32,099 bases of DNA from Betaproteobacteria bacterium. GTDB lineage: Bacteria; Nitrospirota; UBA9217. Both the position numbers and the translations under genes were made by a program. Position 1 is the first letter of the stretch; each line of letters starts with the position of its first letter. Below are positions 26,802-32,099 of the stretch, piece after piece. Location of the stretch: the NCBI GenBank assembly GCA_050257255.1, contig JBLMWN010000106.1:1-32099 (forward strand), given 5' to 3'. The notes below the pieces were generated by a model. It ran no database searches and had not been told where the DNA came from. It worked only from the letters and a program-made list of their open reading frames with translations.

Positions 26802-27428
26802 TTGGCCGTTGACTTCAAGCTCTACCTCATTACAGACCGGAAGAAAACGGAGCTCCCTCTTTCCGAGGCTGTCCGTCAGGCGCTGAGAGGAGGCGTCAGG
26901 GCGATTCAACTCCGGGAAAAAGACCTGCCGGTCAGGGAACTGCTCGCTCTTGCTCAGGAGATCAGAACGATCACTGGAGCGTTCGGGGCTAAGCTGTTTA
27001 TCAATGACCGGGTCGATGTCGCCGTTGCCGTGGATGCAGATGGTGTGCATCTCGGCAATCAGAGCATGCCGCCGGAGGCGGTCCGAAAAGTTGTAGGGAA
27101 ACGGGTCCTTATTGCTGTTTCTACCCATAATTTGGATGAAGCGATTGCGGCCCAAAGGGGAGGAGCAGACTTCATCACGTATGGCCCAATTTATCACACA
27201 GAGGCAAAGGTTAAATATGGCATGCCTGTGGGATCAGAGTCTATAAAAATCATGAAAAATAGCATTAATATCCCTATTTTTGCCTTGGGAGGAATAAAAA
27301 GTGGTAATATCCAGAATGTTTTAGATTCTGGAGCTTACGGAATTGCCATGATATCCGCAATATTTTCAGCAGATGATATTGAGGCGGCATCGCGGGAGAT
27401 GGCGGCAATAGCAGGGCAGGCAAGCTGA
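26802..27428 (+). CDS. thiE: Thiamine-phosphate synthase
   Basis: LYLITD, QLREK, INDRVD, DGVHLG, STH, ALGGI; TTG 26802 after RBS GGAGGG preferred over ATG 26781. A TenI-like paralogue is not excluded. Confidence 0.85.
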   Translation: MAVDFKLYLITDRKKTELPLSEAVRQALRGGVRAIQLREKDLPVRELLALAQEIRTITGAFGAKLFINDRVDVAVAVDADGVHLGNQSMPPEAVRKVVGKRVLIAVSTHNLDEAIAAQRGGADFITYGPIYHTEAKVKYGMPVGSESIKIMKNSINIPIFALGGIKSGNIQNVLDSGAYGIAMISAIFSADDIEAASREMAAIAGQAS

Positions 27429-27447
27429 CCACGGAATGAGGTAAGTC

Positions 27448-28755
27448 ATGACGCAGATTACGGAAGCGCGAAAAGGGAATAGCACCCCTGAGATGGAAGC
27501 CGTTGCAAGGGCAGAAGGCGTGAGCCTCGACCATGTGATCGAAGGCGTCGCCCATGGCACGATCGTTATCACACAGAACAACCGTCATACGTCCATCACG
27601 CCGCTCGGCGTTGGGAAGGGGCTCAGGACGAAGATCAATGCGAACATCGGAACCTCAAAGGACCGCATGTCGATTGAAGGGGAGATCGAGAAGCTGAAGG
27701 CGGCTATTTCTGCCGGAACTGATGCGGTCATGGATCTTTCGACCGGAGGCCCTATCGTCGGGATACGCAAGGAGATTCTCAAGCAGTCCACCGTCTCTGT
27801 TGGCACGGTGCCTATCTACCAGGCGGCTGTCGAGACTGTCGAACAGGGCAGGGCCATTGTTCAGATGGATCCTGATCTTCTGTTCGGGGTAATCGAACAG
27901 CAGGCGGAAGAGGGCGTGGATTTCGTGACCGTACACTGCGGCGTCACCATGTCGAGCGTGGACAGGCTCAAACGCCAGGGCAGGATCATGGACGTGGTGA
28001 GCCGGGGCGGCGCCTTCCACCTTGAGTGGATCATCTACAACGAAACCGAGAACCCTCTTTACGCGCAGTACGACCGGCTCATCGAGATTGCGAAGAAATA
28101 CGACGTGACGCTTTCGCTCGGCGACGGCATGCGGCCGGGTTGTCTGGCCGACGCCACGGACCGCGCACAGATCGAGGAGCTTATCACCCTGGGCGAGCTT
28201 CGCGACCGGGCTCATGACGCCGGTGTGCAGGTGATGATCGAAGGGCCGGGCCATGTGCCGATCAACCAGGTCGAGACGAATATAAAGATCCAGAAAGAGC
28301 TTTGCAAGGGCGCGCCGTTCTATGTTTTAGGCCCGCTCGTGACAGATGTTGCTCCCGGGTATGACCACATCACTTCTGCCATCGGCGGCGCGATCGCGGG
28401 CGCTTCGGGGGCGGACTTTCTCTGCTACGTAACTCCGTCCGAGCATCTTCGCCTGCCGGATCTCGAAGACGTTCGGGAAGGCGTGATTGCATCCCGGATT
28501 GCCGCCCATGCCGCGGATATCGCAAAGGGCGTGAAAGGCGCGATCGAGTGGGACAAGGAGATGTCACGTCGCCGGAAGGCGCTCGACTGGAAGGGCCAGA
28601 TCGAAATCTCGATGGACCCCGTAAAGGCGCGCCGCTTACGTGAATCAAGCATGCCAAAGGAATCCGATGTCTGCACCATGTGCGGCGAGTTCTGCTCCAT
28701 GAAAGGGGTTAGCAAATATTTGAAGAAAGAGGGCAGCGGCAGCAGGGGGACCTGA
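27448..28755 (+). CDS. thiC: Phosphomethylpyrimidine synthase (short form)
   Basis: TKINANIG, MDLSTGG, GTVPIYQ, SRGG, SLGDGMRPG, EGPGHVP, PGYDHI, CYVTPSEHL, CTMCGEFC. Confidence 0.95.
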   Translation: MTQITEARKGNSTPEMEAVARAEGVSLDHVIEGVAHGTIVITQNNRHTSITPLGVGKGLRTKINANIGTSKDRMSIEGEIEKLKAAISAGTDAVMDLSTGGPIVGIRKEILKQSTVSVGTVPIYQAAVETVEQGRAIVQMDPDLLFGVIEQQAEEGVDFVTVHCGVTMSSVDRLKRQGRIMDVVSRGGAFHLEWIIYNETENPLYAQYDRLIEIAKKYDVTLSLGDGMRPGCLADATDRAQIEELITLGELRDRAHDAGVQVMIEGPGHVPINQVETNIKIQKELCKGAPFYVLGPLVTDVAPGYDHITSAIGGAIAGASGADFLCYVTPSEHLRLPDLEDVREGVIASRIAAHAADIAKGVKGAIEWDKEMSRRRKALDWKGQIEISMDPVKARRLRESSMPKESDVCTMCGEFCSMKGVSKYLKKEGSGSRGT

Positions 28756-28811
28756 TGCGGCGTGTCTCATGCGGGATACGAAAAATACAAACAGAACAAA
28801 AGGATTTCAAC

Positions 28812-29663
28812 ATGACCAGATTAAAAACAGTGTTCATTCTCATAGCTGTTGTGTGCATGCCGTGCCTGGTTCATGCAGAGGACAAGCAGGTCCAGAATCA
28901 GATTATTCTTGAACCGGCGAAACCCGGACCCGGTGATATTATGGTCGTCACGATCAAGAATTCTTCCGGGCCCGTCGATGCAACGTTTATCGGCAAGAAG
29001 GTGTATTTTAATCCGTCGACAGAGTCGCTCAAAGCAATCGTGGCCATCGACTATTTTACCGAGCCGGGGAAATACGAACTGACCATTTCCGCAAATGGGT
29101 CTGTTTTTAAGCGGGTCGTGGAGGTCATCAAGAAAGAGTATCCGGTTCAGCGCCTGACCCTTCCCAAGGGCATGGTGGAGCTTTCTCCTCAGAACGAGGT
29201 GCGCGTAGAGCGGGAACAGCGCAGGATGGCGGCCCTGTGGCCCAACGAGACCGACCGCTCTTGGAATGGCGATTTTATTAATCCTCTGGAAGGCGAGATC
29301 ATTACGCCGTTCGGCGTCCGGAGGTTCATCAATAATACACCAAAGAGCCCGCACACCGGCGTTGACGTGGCAGGGGAAAAAGGCGACAAAATACATGCCC
29401 CGAACAACGGAGTGGTGGCTCTCATTGACAACCAGTTCTTTGCCGGCAAGGCGCTGGTGATCAACCACGGACAGGGTATCTATACCATGTTTTTCCATCT
29501 CTCCAAGGTGCTCGTTAACCCCGGACAGTCGGTCAAAAAGGGAGACGTTGTGGCGCTCGTCGGCGCGACGGGACGCGCTACCGGTCCTCACCTGCACTGG
29601 GGAGCCCGTGTTCAGGGCGCGCGGATCGATCCTCTGGAACTGGTGCATCTGAAACTGGAGTAG
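28812..29663 (+). CDS. M23-family metallopeptidase with signal peptide
   Basis: HTGVD, INHG, HLS, GRATGPHLHW. Confidence 0.92.
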   Translation: MTRLKTVFILIAVVCMPCLVHAEDKQVQNQIILEPAKPGPGDIMVVTIKNSSGPVDATFIGKKVYFNPSTESLKAIVAIDYFTEPGKYELTISANGSVFKRVVEVIKKEYPVQRLTLPKGMVELSPQNEVRVEREQRRMAALWPNETDRSWNGDFINPLEGEIITPFGVRRFINNTPKSPHTGVDVAGEKGDKIHAPNNGVVALIDNQFFAGKALVINHGQGIYTMFFHLSKVLVNPGQSVKKGDVVALVGATGRATGPHLHWGARVQGARIDPLELVHLKLE

Positions 29664-29755
29664 GGCAGCGAGGAGCAGAGAGAAGGTCTGAGTCTATTCT
29701 CTGGATGTTGACTCTGCCGCCTCACTCCTGTCTTTTCACTGTTCACTTTTTCATA

Positions 29756-30550
29756 ATGATCAAAGTCCTCTCCATAGCCGGTTCCGATCCTTCCTCGGGC
29801 GCCGGAATCCAAGTCGATCTCAAGACCATCCAGGCGCTTGGGGCGTTCGGCATGGCAATACCGGCCGCGCTCACTGTCCAGAGCAGCCGCGGTGTCTCGG
29901 ATGTCGAGCCGGTCCCGCCCCGCATATTCTCGAAGCAGCTTGCAGCACTTCTTTCCGACATCAAACCCGATGCAATCAAGACCGGTATGCTCTTAACGAA
30001 AGAGAACGTGAATGCTGTTGCACAGGCCGTCAAAAAATTCAAGATCGCAAACCTCATCATAGATCCCGTCCTTCGTTCCAGCTCTGGGAGAATGCTCCTT
30101 CAGCAGGCCGCCATCGGATTGCTCAAAAAAAATCTCTTCCCCCTCGCTCTTATCGTAACGCCGAACGTTCCCGAGGCGGAGGTGCTGACAGGCATGTCTA
30201 TAAAAACCGAAAGGGACATGGATTATGCTGCAGGGAAACTACTCGACATGGGACCGTCCTACGTCCTTATCAAAGGCGGCCATCGTGGCGGGCCGGCAGA
30301 GGACACGCTGTACGGGGGAAAAAGCGTGCTCAGTTTTTCCACTCCACGCCGGAACGGCGAGTTTCACGGCACCGGGTGCGTGCTTTCCTCGGCTATTGCC
30401 GTGTTCATAGCCGGAGGATTACCTGTGGAAAAGGCTGTGGAAAAAGCCAAAGAATTCCTGGATAAGATGTTGAAAACAGCGAAACCCGTTGGGAAGAACG
30501 TGAGAGCGTTGTATTTCCATATCGGATGTCATTTACCGCAGCGAGCATAG
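29756..30550 (+). CDS. thiD: Hydroxymethylpyrimidine/phosphomethylpyrimidine kinase
   Basis: SIAGSDPSSGAGIQ.DLK, IKTGML, IDPV, TPNVPEAE, KGGH, HGTGC. Confidence 0.94.
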   Translation: MIKVLSIAGSDPSSGAGIQVDLKTIQALGAFGMAIPAALTVQSSRGVSDVEPVPPRIFSKQLAALLSDIKPDAIKTGMLLTKENVNAVAQAVKKFKIANLIIDPVLRSSSGRMLLQQAAIGLLKKNLFPLALIVTPNVPEAEVLTGMSIKTERDMDYAAGKLLDMGPSYVLIKGGHRGGPAEDTLYGGKSVLSFSTPRRNGEFHGTGCVLSSAIAVFIAGGLPVEKAVEKAKEFLDKMLKTAKPVGKNVRALYFHIGCHLPQRA

Positions 30551-30613
30551 CGCCCGGGTAAAGACGCATTGGTTTTTTCTGCGTCCTCTGCGGTGAAATC
30601 GTTAGGAGGCTTC

Positions 30614-31321
30614 ATGCGCGTCGACGGCAGGAAGGCGGACGAACTCCGCAGGATCAAGATCACGAGGAATTACATCAAGTCCGCCGAAGGTTCGGTGCTG
30701 ATCGAGATGGGCGACACCAGGGTCATCTGCACGGCAACGGTCGATAATTCCGTTCCACCATTCCTCAAGGGAAAGGGCACGGGCTGGGTGACGGCGGAGT
30801 ATGCCATGCTGCCGCGCTCATCCGCGCAGAGGATACAGCGTGAGCGGAGCAAGGTGGGCGGCCGTACGTACGAGATCCAGCGGCTCATCGGGCGATCCCT
30901 TCGATCGATCGTTGATATGAACGCGCTCGGAGAGCGGTCCGTGCTGATCGACTGCGATGTGATCCAGGCCGACGGGGGGACGCGCACCGCGTCGATCACC
31001 GGCGCCTATGTGGCCCTCGTTGATGCGCTTCGTCACATCAAAAAGTCCGGGCTGATCGAAACGGTGCCGGTCAGCGACTACCTCGCGGCGATCAGCGTGG
31101 GGATCGTTAACGGGACAAGGATGCTGGACCTCTGCTATGTCGAGGACGCAGCTGCGGAAGTGGATATGAACCTCGTGATGACGGGATCAGGCTCGATCGT
31201 GGAAGTGCAGGGCACGGCCGAGGGCGAGCCGTTCTCAAAAACGGAGCTGGACAAGCTTCTCGCGCTGGGCGAGAAAGGCATCAGGGCGCTGATCAAGAAG
31301 CAGCGGGAAATGCTCAAATGA
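30614..31321 (+). CDS. rph: Ribonuclease PH
   Basis: [52 protein letters not shown]; RBS AGGAGG. Confidence 0.97.
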   Translation: MRVDGRKADELRRIKITRNYIKSAEGSVLIEMGDTRVICTATVDNSVPPFLKGKGTGWVTAEYAMLPRSSAQRIQRERSKVGGRTYEIQRLIGRSLRSIVDMNALGERSVLIDCDVIQADGGTRTASITGAYVALVDALRHIKKSGLIETVPVSDYLAAISVGIVNGTRMLDLCYVEDAAAEVDMNLVMTGSGSIVEVQGTAEGEPFSKTELDKLLALGEKGIRALIKKQREMLK

Positions 31322-31884
31322 CGGCGTTCCTCACGTCCCTTGCGATTGTTACCCTCGCGGAAATGGGAGACAAGACCCAGCTCCTTGCAATGGCCTTTGC
31401 CTCGCGCTTTCGGTGGCAGACGGTGATGCTCGGTGTGTTTGCTGCAACGGCAGCGAACCATTTATTCGCTGTCTCTGTTGGAAATTATCTCACGAACATC
31501 ATCCCGATCGCATATATCAGGATCGCGGCCGCAGCATCCTTTATTCTCTTCGGCCTCTGGACCCTCCGGGGCGACACCCTGGATGACGAGAACAAGCGTT
31601 TCAACTTCAGCCCCTTCTGGACGGTCACGGTCGCATTCTTCCTTGCGGAGATGGGGGACAAGACCCAGCTTGCCACCGTGGCCCTCGCAGCTGAATTTAA
31701 CACGGTTGTTCCGGTATGGGTCGGTACCACGTCCGGCATGTTGATTGCCGATGCTGTCGGGATCATCGCCGGGATCGTTCTCCATAAAAAAATACCTGAA
31801 AAACAGATCAGATGGTTCGCCGCCCTCGTGTTCATTGGGTTCGGCCTCTGGGGTTTGTATGATTGCCGTCCGACAGGCAACTGA
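31318..31884 (+). CDS. TMEM165/GDT1 (UPF0016) family Mn2+/Ca2+ transporter
   Basis: Two AEMGDKTQL motifs in a six-helix membrane protein; ATGA overlap with rph. Confidence 0.92.
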   Translation: MTAFLTSLAIVTLAEMGDKTQLLAMAFASRFRWQTVMLGVFAATAANHLFAVSVGNYLTNIIPIAYIRIAAAASFILFGLWTLRGDTLDDENKRFNFSPFWTVTVAFFLAEMGDKTQLATVALAAEFNTVVPVWVGTTSGMLIADAVGIIAGIVLHKKIPEKQIRWFAALVFIGFGLWGLYDCRPTGN

Positions 31885-32099
31885 CAAATCCCGCTTCATC
31901 TGATGTCGATTTCATTAGAGGCTCCCGGTTGGTCCTCACGCTCTGTTTCCGGGCAGGCTGATTTTCGCCAAACCATGAAATGCATGGGGCAACGGAATAC
32001 TGCCGCCTGCTCATTTCCGCCCGGCCGTTCGGCCGAGCTCGCCGAGCTTTTCCAGACATGCCAGCGCCTGATAGGTGCTCGGCGGGGTCGTACCGAGTC

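Noticed and set aside
27448-28755. ThiC homologue as BzaA/B/F (anaerobic benzimidazole synthesis), given nearby cobT
   Set aside because: It lies in a TPP-riboswitch operon with thiS/G/E/D, so ThiC is the simpler call; a phylogeny would settle it.

Overview
GC-rich bacterial chromosomal window; gene content suggests an anaerobe such as Nitrospirota or Desulfobacterota (inference only). Left part: partial DUF3443 protein, two-domain class II aldolase, DegP/HtrA, an AddB-AddA-like nuclease/helicase pair and a ferredoxin-thioredoxin-TlpA cluster. Middle: tRNA-Gly(CCC) at 12003-12078, whose 3' end is repeated at 21424-21451 (25/28 nt identical). The ~9.4 kb between the copies looks like an integrase-less island. 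It carries an orphan HExxH lipoprotein, a Tat-exported Asp-ligand (type II-like) DMSO-reductase-family enzyme with an all-Cys FS0 motif, a small 4x[4Fe-4S] subunit, an NrfD/PsrC anchor, a TorD-like chaperone, FmdE, a frameshifted ModE with a palindrome over its own start codon, and a MoeA-like protein. Right part: DUF3047, cobU-cobT-cobS-cobC, a TPP riboswitch ahead of thiS-thiG-thiE-thiC-M23 peptidase-thiD, rph and a GDT1/UPF0016 transporter. Small-scale oddities include short repeats inserted in frame in coding sequences, a QLDLF clamp-binding-like motif inside such an insertion in AddA, and a ThiS with a C-terminal extension after its Gly-Gly. All calls come from motif recognition by eye; no database search was run.
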